NCBI GenBank assembly: GCA_036172245.1
Contig: JAYWIR010000003.1
Coordinates: 1,922,001 to 1,986,000 of the forward strand
DNA: 64,000 bases
Direction of reading: 5' to 3'
Source: Raillietiella orientalis
Taxonomy: Eukaryota
Each line of letters opens with the position of its first letter. Position 1 is the stretch's first letter. The notes below the pieces were generated by a model that was not told the DNA's origin, made no database searches, and saw only the letters and a program-made list of their open reading frames with translations. The position numbers were made by a program, and so were the translations under genes. This document shows positions 39,386 to 49,826 of the stretch, piece by piece.

Positions 39386-41558
39386 ATGTTTCACTTGTGC
39401 AGGCTCAGCGGTGAGCACAGCGAAGGAGAGCACGAGAATCCCGGGAGTCGGACATTCGGTGGGAAAGAGAGGAACCCTCCCGAGTGCGTGTCGACAGCAG
39501 GGGACCGAGTTGTCCTCCGCCGCCTGGATGCGGATTGGCTGATCTTTCAGCCCACGAGTCGATCTTCTCTCCGAGCCCCTTCATCTTGATAAAAATGAAT
39601 TACGTTCAGAAGATCAACAAGATCGTATTTGGGGGGGAGGACAAGAGGAAAGCGGTCGGGCTGTGGGCTTCAGGAAGAAAAAAAAGGGGCGTCTCAGGGC
39701 GCGAAACACGTTAGGAGATGAGAGGGAGGGGAATGGGACGGCTAGGAAAGATGCGGCTGCCGTTTCTACGGACTCAGAGGCTGGGGTTTTTGGAGCAAGC
39801 GAACCTCGCGACGCTCCTCCATTCGACGGAATGGGGGCTGCAAGGGAAGGCAAGGAAGCCGCGCGTTCTTCCTCCCCGAGCGGGGTTTCCACAGGGAATG
39901 GGCGAGCGAGGAGAAGCATCCCCTCACAGTCCGGGGATCCTGCGAGCGGGGGGCGAGTCTGGGCTCGACGGCGGTGCGGAAGGGCGACCTCGAGATGGTG
40001 GCGCAGCGAACGGTTGAGTGGGTGGGCGGGCGCGGAGAGGACAAAGCGGCAGCGTGAAGATCTGTCCTTCGCTTCCTCGCCCCACAGAGAGCCGCTGCCA
40101 TGCCAGGTCGCGCTGGCAACCCTCCCGCCGCGCTTCTTACCTCCGGAGGACCCGCGCCGCCGTGCGGGGAGCGCTGGGCCTTCCTGGGTGGCGGCGAGCG
40201 GGATGGATGCAGTCGGAGGTTCGGAGGAGACAAATTGGCAGCGGCGCCACGTTGACGGATTCCCCGCTTGCATCCCGCGCGCTTCTCCTTCCTGACTCGC
40301 TTGGCTGCTTACCGCGGCGAGCGGCACCTCCCGCATGGTTCTCTCGCATCCGTACCGCGACGACGGCGCGTCCTTTCTCTCCCGTGGACTCGCAGGCATT
40401 CGGTGTGCGGTCACCGAGGTCATCTTCTTCAGCCCCGGGGGAATCCCGGAGACGCTTCGTCGCCGCCGACCGGGCTCCGGGAATCTCCCGCCGCTCTGGA
40501 GAACGCCGCAGGGTCGGCAGCGCGGGTTGGAAAGCCCTTGCCCTCGATCTGGTCCAGGGGATGTCCCGAGTGGGCGTGCTCTTCGGAATGGCTTCTGACC
40601 CTCGGCTCTTCCGGGGAGATGCAGCCCATCCACTCCCGGGCGCCTTCTGACTCCATTCCTCTGCGCCTCTCGGACGCGGAACCTGGAAGGTGGGCGCCGT
40701 GGTCTCATGCTCCCACGTATCCCCTTCAGCTCCTCGTGCATTTTCTCTTTTCCTCTGTCCTGTCCACGTGACCGCACGCCAGAGAAGCGCAGCTTAGAGG
40801 ATGTGTGCTGCAGGGGTTCCTTTCAAGCCACATTTCACCCATCCCTTGCTACTGCATCCACGTGTTTCTCTGGATGTTGCCCAAAACCGAAGGGGGTCCC
40901 ACCGTTGTCAAGGAGGAGAGCGGAGCTTCCTCTCGCTTCGCTTGCTTGCTGATGCGTGCGCACCGCCTGCTGTGGAGGCGCAGCAATTGGGAGGGAGGGA
41001 GGAAGCGGGAGACGCAGGCATCCACCGGCAAGTCCCGCCTCCTGCCTCGCCCTTAGACTGCTTGTTGCTCTGGAAGTTACAGAAGAGAGAGAGTCCAGAG
41101 GACAGGCACAATGCTCCACGATCTCCTTCGCTCTCTGGCATCCCAGGTGGTCCTCCCTTCGCTGCCCGGCAACCGGGGACATGTCTTCTGTCGTGCCTTC
41201 TTGGGCTCAAGTCCTCTTTCAAGAGACCTTGGAAAAAGAGGGAATGTCTGGGAGCGTGGAGAGGTTCCAGAGAGGGTCCTGCCTTGCCCCCATACCGCCA
41301 TTTCGTCTTCAGCCAGAAGATGTGAGAATAATCTTTTCTCCCCGTCCCTTCCTCATTCGTTCGACTCCTACCGCCTTCTCGCTCTCTCCGGAAACGGCGA
41401 CTGCGTACTCCAAAAACGGAAGGGCAAAGCTGGGAGGGAGGTTGGTGCCATCGCTGGAGAGAGAGATCGCGCCGCTGCACCCACATGCTGAACCGGAATG
41501 CGCTCATGTGCACAGCAGCCAAGTCAGGAGCTCACCGGATCTCTTCTGGATCTTCCAG

Positions 41559-41745
41559 CTGCAGACGCACGAGATGGTCGAGATCTGCGCCAAGATTCTG
41601 TATCAGGTCGACCTGGTGCGTCACTCTCTGGACCAGCTCTGGGGATTCAGCGTGGAGGCGGAGCTAGTGGAAAACGCCGACCATCAGGACGAGCTCTGCG
41701 TGTACATCAGCCGGGTGGAGGACAGGAGCTACGCCCTGCAGACAG
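41559..41745 (+). CDS. sif: sif exon 10 (end of RBD, PDZ first half)
   Basis: tcttccag| and acag|gtaaga; [19 protein letters not shown]...[31 protein letters not shown]. Confidence 0.95.
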
Positions 41746-41789
41746 GTAAGATCACCAGCCCATCACCATGACCCAGGTGCTCCTCTTCC

Positions 41790-41947
41790 GTGCCCCCCTT
41801 TCCCTTCCTCCTCGTCCTCCTTCTCCATCCTTTACCCTTCTTCCTGCTCCTCCCTTCTTCCTCCTCTTCCTCCCTTCTTCCTCCTCTTCCTCCCTTCTTC
41901 CTCCTCTTCCTCCCTTCTTCCTCCTCCTTCCCTCTCCCTCTCCCTCT
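41790..41947. repeat. Polypyrimidine (CTT/CCT) tract with repeated ttcctcctcttcctccctt units
   Basis: Almost purely C/T; fills most of intron 41746-42006. Confidence 0.9.
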
Positions 41948-42006
41948 CGCAAGCGCATCATTTACTACCTCCCTTTTGCAACTCATGGACTCTTCTCTCG
42001 GGAAAG

Positions 42007-42153
42007 GCCTCATCAAGGGCGACGAGATCATGATCATCAACGGCAGCATCGTTGGCGACTTGGACATGATGTACATCGAGTCCGTCCTCCAGGAGGACCT
42101 CTCCCTCTGCCTGATGCTGCGCAGCTCCCGCACGATCCCTCCGGAACTGTCAA
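42007..42153 (+). CDS. sif: sif exon 11 (PDZ second half)
   Basis: Atypical acceptor ctcgggaaag|, donor a|gtgcgt; [49 protein letters not shown]. Confidence 0.93.
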
Positions 42154-42162
42154 GTGCGTGCT

Positions 42163-42178
42163 CGCGCGCGCGCGCGCG
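42163..42178. repeat. (CG)8 dinucleotide repeat
   Basis: cgcgcgcgcgcgcgcg inside a 65-nt intron. Confidence 0.95.
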
Positions 42179-42218
42179 TGCCACCCCGAGCTGGCGGCTA
42201 CCTTCCCCTCCCTTCCAG

Positions 42219-42523
42219 AGGACTTCAAGTGCTCCGACGACATCGAACGCCTCGTCGTGCCGCCGCCCCCGCGGGAGGACATCCCCAGCGAAGAGATGAT
42301 CTCCGGCATGATAGTGCCCGCTCCGTCGTGGAGCGAGTACCCGCGAGGGGGCAGCGCGGTCTTGCGGCGGCACTCTCCCCCTAAGGGTCGCCGCTGCTTC
42401 TCCCCATCATCATCCTCGTCACCCTCGAGTGCCGCGGCGAGCGGCAGCCGCCACCACCTCGTGAGCTCCCGCATAGTAGCGGAAGGGCGCAGTCCGTCGC
42501 TGGAGCTGGACGGCGTTGTCAAG
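42219..42523 (+). CDS. sif: sif exon 12 (post-PDZ proline-rich linker)
   Basis: ccttccag| and aag|gtgagc; [12 protein letters not shown]...[15 protein letters not shown]...SLELDGVVK resembles recalled Sif DSLVCPPPP..SEEMITGLIVPAPGW..SFEIENLLK. It may contain an internal in-frame intron (see findings). Confidence 0.82.
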
Positions 42524-42783
42524 GTGAGCGGGAGTGGGAAGAGAAGAGGACTAGGGGCGTGGGTGGGAGGGGGCAGGAGTAACACGAACTCATCCTCTTC
42601 TTGCCTTGGTCGTCCTTGACCTTCGCGGGAGCCTCCACCGCCGCGTGGGGAATAGGCGCGTGCCCGCCGAGAGGGTGGCACCCTCGTCTCCACCCCGTCC
42701 CGCCCAGCCTTCTGAGGCGGGCGCGGGCTCCTTGTTAGCCTGGGGAAATGAAGTAAAGCTCGGGTCCCGATTCCGCGCGCTAG

Positions 42784-42819
42784 AGCGCACACCAGGACAC
42801 GCAAACGGCGACGACCTTG
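42784..42819 (+). CDS. sif: sif candidate 36-nt microexon (SAHQDTQTATTL)
   Basis: gcgctag| and ttg|gtcgga, phase 0/0. Gives VVK-SAHQDTQ...TTL-SRGLTNAEK versus recalled Sif LLK-TAEQETR...ALTP-SRQLTDAEK. The splice signals are weak. Confidence 0.55.
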
Positions 42820-44307
42820 GTCGGATCGCGCGGGGAAAAACCATCGCCGCTCCCGGCCGGATCGGCCAAACGATCCAGGAGGTGGCGTGTGGGGGACCTC
42901 TTCGTTGCTCTAGAAAAGCCGACCGATCCGTGCCGGCCTCAGTAGGCCGGAAGGGCAGCAGGGATGAGTCCGGATGCTGCGTTCGAGAGCGAAGGCTTCC
43001 GGAGCGAGGATCGATCTGGGCGTTTTCCCCTTTCTCCCGGAAGATGCGATCCTAGGGGACGCGTACTGCACCTAGGGGATTGCCGCCTCTGTGCAGACCC
43101 AGCCCAGAGAGTCTCTCTCCTCCCCCCTTAGGGGACGCCTGTCATTTTGGAAAACCTCCTCTGGATTGAGAAGCGTGGAGCCCAATCGTGAATCCTCGTC
43201 TCTTCCTCATTTCCTCCTCCCTTCTCAGTAGCCTTCTTTCAGAACCTGCCCTAAGTGTCTTTCATCATCGTCTCAGGACGGCTCCTGGTCCATTTCCGCC
43301 TCTCTTCCTGCTTTCTGGGGGGCCTCGTCGTGTTCCAGTCCATTCTGGTGCCCGAGGCACTCCCAATGGTCTTCATCGCTCGTGTCAGCGTCGCTAAGTC
43401 CTTGTCCAGAAGGACGTTTTTTCGGTCGGCACGCAGCTCGTACACGTTCTGGCCTCGCGTCTTCAAGCAACCGGCCAGCGACTGACGAAATCCTCCGCGC
43501 AAGAAGAGCCGTGCTTCTTCGGATCTGCACTCCGGATGAGCTGCTCAGCGCGACTCGAAGGCGCGCGTGATACACGCTAGTACGGACAGGCTGATCCTCA
43601 TCTTACTCCCTTCTTGCTCTTTCTCCTCTCTCCTCGTCCTCCTCACCCTTTCCCCATTTCCACTCTTTCCCCTCCTCACCCTTTTCCCATTCCTCCATTC
43701 CTTTCTTTCTTTCATGATGGCCCTCACGCACGCCTCACTGCCTCTCCCGCTTTTCGACTCATCGACTCTTCCCGCTCAAGAGGTTCTCATCAAGGGTGCC
43801 GAATCTGGTTTTCGCTTCGGCGGATTTCCTTCCTACTTGCTGCTCATCTGAGGACCGCCTACGGCAAGCACACCTGCACCGGCTGATGCTCGCGGCGTTC
43901 TCTCTGGGAAAGCAGGGACGCGAATAACGAAGGAATAAGCGCTCGTGCTCGGATATTTTCGTCCTCTCCTAATGTGCCTGTTTACCACCACCTCGTCCCG
44001 AGCTCTCACCGGCCCTTCCTCCGAGCGTTGATGGCCTGCTTTTAAGGGTGCCGTTTCGCTTCCTGAGCAGGGCCCAGGTTTTGTTGTGTGTGCGAGTCGC
44101 ACTTACTGACGGGATGTTGCGAGACCGAGATCAAGGGAGGCAGGCGAATCCGGGGCGCTGTTCTGCGTCAGGAGGTCTCGAAGTGCTTCCCTCCATGACA
44201 ACGAAAAGACACAGCATCCAGTGCGCTTTCCTCCTTTCCGATCGAGCAGATTGGCTGACTCTCGGGCCGGCTGGCTGTTCGGATAACCGTTCATGTGTTC
44301 ATTGCAG

Positions 44308-44580
44308 AGCAGAGGGCTGACCAACGCAGAGAAGCTGAGGAAGGTCATCATCGAGCTCATCGACACGGAAAAAAGCTACGTGAAACACCTGAACAGCCTC
44401 CTCAAGCACTACATGGAACCTCTTCGGAGTTCCAACTTCCTCAACCAGAATGAGGTCGACGTGCTTTTCCACAACATCCTGGAAATAGTGAGTTTTCAGA
44501 GAAACTTTCTCAGCGTCCTCGAAGAGATCTTGGAAAAAGATTCCAAATTCGGAGAACACAGCAGCCCGGACGATTTTCAG
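44308..44580 (+). CDS. sif: sif exon 14 (DH/RhoGEF domain, N-part)
   Basis: attgcag| and cag|gtaggc; LTNAEKLRKVIIELIDTEKSYVKHL...LFHNILEIVSFQRNFL (DH conserved region 1). Confidence 0.97.
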
Positions 44581-47500
44581 GTAGGCGCCGTTCTTGAGAT
44601 TTCTCCAGCGCGGTGCCCCGGTCGTGCGCAACCGGGATGTTTTGCGGATCTCGTGGAGTCCTTGTCTTGTGCGATCTCTTTCGGAAAGCGGTGCAGCGCT
44701 CTCATCATTGTGTCTAACTGGTCTGCAAGTAGGCCGTATCGGCCACGCAGCCGACGGTCTCACTCCCTCTTCAGTACTCGGATGCTGCGGAAGAGCTCTT
44801 GTTCCTCCGCGCGATATGGTGTTCACAGCCGACCGTTCAATTCTGGATCTCAGGTTCTTGTTGGTGCCTTCTTCTTTTTCTTCCCACATTACCGAGATCC
44901 TTCCTGTCTATCGCATTCCCTCCAAGACTTGTGCTGGAAAGAAGTTGTGAATTTTTTTTCTTCGGTGCTTTCTGTTCTTCAGACTCAGGGCTCAGCCTTC
45001 TCCCTGCGCATCACAATCAGTGAACCACCGTCCGATCGACAGTCTATCGCAAGAGCTCCCGGTTTCCACTCCTTTTCCCGTTCCAATATGCTGTCCGCGT
45101 TCAGTGATGGTCCCATAACGAACAGGGCGGATGCCTTCCCTCCGGCACAACTCTACCTCTCCTCCGAGGTTTCTTGTTCTCTCTGTGTGTTTATACGCGG
45201 AAAACCCACGTTTTTTCCCTGTCCCTTGGAGCATTTTCTTGCCGGTTCCACACCTCCACCCGTATCCAAGGTGCGAGTCCCGTGCAGAGGATCTCTTGGG
45301 TTTTCCGTTTCCTTCATTCTCGGAGTCTTGGAAGACAAACACAAGTCCCCGAGACGCTCTGTTTGGTGATTTGGGGAGGGGCGCTTGCTTCCCTGTGGTG
45401 GGCTGGAGCGTACGTAGCACAGAGTCCAGAGTGCCTGCCCTCTGTTTCCACCCATTTTCACGTCCCTGTGGCGCGACGAAGGACAATCTCAAGGATTGTC
45501 TTTCCCCGCTCCCAAGTACCGGTTTCGTTGGCATCTTCGCCCAGGATCTTGCAGATGGCGGTAGGATCACCTGCCGCCATAGCCACTGCATCGGTATCGG
45601 TTTCTGGCGTTGAATCTTTCCACAGTTTGCTGGCAGAATTTCATCCCTCCTTTCTTCCGCGTTCGTACGTGCGTTTCACCTGCGTCCTCTAATGATGAGG
45701 ATGATGTAGTTTCACCCCTTGTCTAGTTAGAGGCCAGTTTGAAAGAATGGTCTTTTTTGTCTCGATGCCTGCACGGGAGAGGCAAAGTGGAAAGGCTCAT
45801 ACGCATTTCTGCCTTCAAGATTTCAAACTGGACTCGCTCCTCCCCCCCACTCACACACACACTACCACCTTGGACTTCAGTCAACAGTCAAACTGTTCGA
45901 AACCTGTACCACAAAGTATGTCTTTTAACGAGGCGGCAGTTTTTGCGTCGAGCTTCCCACCCTTTATGGGTCACTCTCCTTTCGTCGTCCGCCATTCGTA
46001 ACATTTGAGACGCCTAGGAGCCGTGCACCTGCGCACAACGGGAGCAAGTTTCAAAGAATCGCCAAGATGCCCACGGGCATTCCATCAAGAAGTCGCCCAT
46101 GGAGCGCAGCTGCAAAGTTCTGGACTGCTGTCACCCGTACTCCAGCCAGAGCTTCAGAAACTTCGATCATGGACCGATTTTGAAGCTGTTAGAGCACTCA
46201 AGAAGCATCGGATCTGATTTCTTTTCCCTGCATCCTGGCCATGCCTGTCGAAGATGGACAGAAGAACCAGCCGTAGTCGCGACAAACGGCCAGAAATCGC
46301 GAGGGCGAATTTTCATCTGATCTTTTGCCAAGCGCCCCGCTCGCAAGATCATGCACTTTCTTTCTGGAAGATCCACCAGCCCAGAGCGTGGAGACAGCAA
46401 TCTCACATGTCAATCCAGACGCCTCTCTTTTGAAAAGAATGATCTCTCGGACAAGGGAGGGTTGGAAAGTCCTGTCCAAGGGGAAATAGAGACGACCCTA
46501 CCGAGTCACGGCCGCTCAACAGCTCTCGTGCAGGAGAGAAACCTCGCCCCTACGTAGACCCCAAGGGCGAAAGATTTCCTTTCGAGTGCAGAGGTGCTAC
46601 ATCAGGAACCCGAGGCTGGAGCAAGCGCGTGGCACGAAATGGCGCGAGAAATCGGAGTGCACGACACGAACAAGCAGGTAAGGTTTTCTTTCTTGCAAAG
46701 CTCCTGGGCAAATTGGTACGAGCGAGGGAGAAATGGATACCTCATCCACGCCATCATTGACAACCCCTCAGCTGATGATGAAAGAAGATGAAATTGGGCG
46801 GCCTCATCGAACTGAGTAGCCCACGGAACCGCAAAGCTTGCTTAGCTGCAAGGATGGTGTCTGCGGACTGGAGGAATCTCCCCAGTTGTGGGGTCGACGC
46901 GTAGCAACATGACTGAAGGGCTCGTTGTTGCCGGATCACAAGTTGTAGGCAGGAGAGACCGCGGAGCCTGGAACGAAGAGCAAAAAAGCTCAGTACGCGA
47001 TTCTCCTTCAAGCACTCTTCTACCTAGGCGGTAGCAACTGTTTGTGTTCAGTCGCATTCCTGCTCAGTCCAGTTTGCACCTTCAGCGCTTCGTTATCGTT
47101 TAGTTCGCATGAATGCGTCACCACCTTCTTCGAGAGCGCCGCAGAAGAGGATGCAGTTGCTGTAAATCGGAATGCTGGATACGTGAAAAGCGCATTACGT
47201 TAGTATGAAGTGGCCACCCGAGACACACATTCACTGCCTGTGTCCGAGTCCATACATGCCAGGAAAAGCATCGAGAACCTAGAAGTCAGTTCGGGGAAGG
47301 TTGCTAAGGTCAAATACGTTCCTCCAGTTGACGACCGACCAGCGAACTACCTGGGCGAGCGAAGGGAGAAAGCTTTTAGACTTATCTGCCTGTCGCTAGG
47401 GGTACGTTACTTGATCACGAAAACAGGACCGCGCCTAAGCAGAGATTTTGTTTGTTTGTTCTCTCAAAGTACCCGGATGCGCCCAAAGTCTGGAAGCTGG

Positions 47501-48623
47501 AAAATGGAGAGCCAGAGAGACTTTCCATTTTCCAGCTTTCAGTTCTCTTTGCTCCGGGAAGTGGATCGGCTCTAGCACTGAACAGTGGCGACTCCCTCAG
47601 AAGGTTGTGAGCGCGCTCCAGAGCGTCTGCTGGATGCAATCTCCGCTTTCTTTGTGTCGGCATCCGTACCGATACAGATAGAAGGAGATGACGGATCTCC
47701 TGTGGGAGTCCCCTGAAGCGTCCCGCTCCAGTCGACAATCTCGGATCGCATGATTCAGCAGCCGTCGCTTCCTCAGACGAATCTGGGAGAAATCTCCGTT
47801 GCTGCCTGTTTATCGCTTCCCTGGAGCACGGACGGCAGCCCACTCTTGCCTTCCTCCACCCCCGAATCCGAGCAGAGTTTCAACAGGACACTCGGCTTGC
47901 ATTTGCTGTCGCCACGAGCGTCGTGGTCCTCATCGCAAAAAAAGAAAAAAAAAATACGATGTCAAGTCAGAAAATTTGGAACATTTGTTCTTCAAGGCGT
48001 TGCAGCTACAGCCTTCCTTCGGATTCCCATCTCCACCCACCTGTTTAAGCGCACCCCTTCCCCCCGTTTTTCTCACGTTTCTGAAGTTCTGGGAAAAAAG
48101 CAGGGATTATTTGGTTATCACTCCACTTCCTGATGTGCATCCTAAATCCTTGGAGAGCTCATCTCGCACTCAGAGCATTTCTTCCCTTTGGATCCACTTG
48201 CTTTTAGGACGCCTTCCCTGAAGTGAGTCGAGTGTTTCATGCTGTCGGTGCTAGGAATTCCACCACACCCGCAGGCGTTGCAGCCATTAAATACTCACAT
48301 GACTTCACTATTACTTAACATGAATTTTTGTTGTTGTTGCTGCTTCTGCTGCTGCTGTTGTTGTCACTGTTGGAAAATCATGGAAAATGATAATCCTTCT
48401 TTTTTACCCGAAATGCCTCACAATTCGAAACTGGGGTGGGCTGAAAACGGTGCCCGAACCGGTTGTGGGCCGCCTGCACCTCGCCGCGGTCGCGACGGGA
48501 AGAGTGATTACTGCTTTCGAGATCTGCGGAAAACTCCTGGGCCCTATCGATGACTGTGTCGTACTGATTTGCTGACGGGAACCCCCACTAAAAATGGGTG
48601 TGAATAATCCGATTGTGTTCCAG

Positions 48624-48732
48624 GAAATGCTTCTAGGAATAGGAAGCGCTTTCCTGTGCTACGCCAACAACTTCAAACTGTACAGCTCGTTTTGCGCCGC
48701 CCACTCGAAAGCTCAAAAGTACCTCCATCCAA
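48624..48732 (+). CDS. sif: sif exon 15 (DH domain)
   Basis: gttccag| and ccaa|gtgagc; [36 protein letters not shown]. Confidence 0.96.
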
Positions 48733-48744
48733 GTGAGCAAAGGT

Positions 48745-48972
48745 TTTCTTCTTCTTCTTCTGTTGCTGCTGCTTCTCTTCTTCTTCTACTTGTACTACTG
48801 CTGCTTCCACTTCTTTTACTTTTCCTTCTACTACTTCTACTTCTTCTGCTTCTGCTGCTGCTTCTTCTTATTCTTGTGCTTCTCTTTCTTCTTATTCTTT
48901 CACTGCTACTACTCCTTCTCACTATTATTATTATTCTGCTGCTGCTGTTGCTGTTGCTTCTTCTTCTTCTTC
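48745..48972. repeat. Compound trinucleotide repeat (CTT/CTG/CTA/TTA)
   Basis: Fills intron 48733-49022 and produces the spurious poly-Leu ORF extension. Confidence 0.92.
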
Positions 48973-49022
48973 CACGCATTTCTTCCCTGAGCCCCAGCAC
49001 CCAGGTTTCTTCTGTCTTGCAG

Positions 49023-49202
49023 GCGAAGGGAACCAAGCCCTACAGAAGTTTCTTTCGTCCTGCAATCCCAAGCAGCAGCACTCTTGCACTCTGGAGTCTT
49101 ACCTCATAAAACCCATCCAGAGGATTCTCAAGTACCCGTTGCTTCTTCAGCAGCTGAGAAGTTTCAGTCCATCGCAGTCAGCCGTGTGCAAGCACCTCAC
49201 AG
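49023..49202 (+). CDS. sif: sif exon 16 (DH domain, CR3)
   Basis: tcttgcag| and acag|gtatgt; [42 protein letters not shown]. Confidence 0.97.
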
Positions 49203-49257
49203 GTATGTCCCCGGGCGAGGAGCGAGCGCACCTCACCTGCGGGTTCCTTCTTTGCAG

Positions 49258-49376
49258 AAGCACTGCAGGAGATGGAAAAGGTCGCGGAGCACATCAACGA
49301 GATGCAGAGGATCCACGAGGAGTACGGCGCCATCTTCGAGCACCTTGCACGAGTGCACGACCGGTCGTCGAGATCC
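49258..49376 (+). CDS. sif: sif exon 17 (end of DH)
   Basis: ctttgcag| and tcc|gtaagt; [30 protein letters not shown]. Confidence 0.96.
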
Positions 49377-49649
49377 GTAAGTTCCGCGAGTCGTCCTCCG
49401 AAAGCATCCCGGAAATGCCTCTTTGCCTCCCATTCCTCCCCCTTCTCCCGTTCTCCTCCCGATGTTTATGCTTCCTCGGGCGAGAGTCGTCTTGTGCTCG
49501 CGACCGGCAGCAGCCGCAGCGCCCGGTTTTCCGGGGCGGCGGCGGTCGCCGCACGGGGGGGAAGGGCGCAACTCATCCCGCTGGAAGAATGGAGACCGAA
49601 GCGCTTCCTGGTTCCGTCTGAGATCTGAAACGGGGAAACTGCTTTCCAG

Positions 49650-49826
49650 GACGTGGACCTGAGCCTGGGAGACCTGCTGTACTACGGAGGGGTGGAGTGG
49701 CTGAACGCATCCGACTTCCTGGGCAAGATTAAGAAAGGACTGGAGCTGCATGCCATGTGCTTCGTCTTCAAGACCGGAGTCGTCTTCCTGTGCAAAGAGA
49801 GGCTCAAGCACAAGAAGAAACTGATG
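49650..49826 (+). CDS. sif: sif exon 18 (C-terminal PH domain)
   Basis: tttccag|, ends at non-canonical donor atg|gcaagt; [57 protein letters not shown]. Confidence 0.95.

Noticed and set aside
39614..40777. 387-aa minus-strand ORF as a nested gene
   Set aside because: Arg/Gly/Pro/Ala-rich with no recognisable domain; overlapping long ORFs in several frames are expected in very GC-rich intron DNA.
42333..42385. 53-nt GC-AG intron ending at ccctaag
   Set aside because: It would shift the frame and lose the SLELDGVVK similarity.
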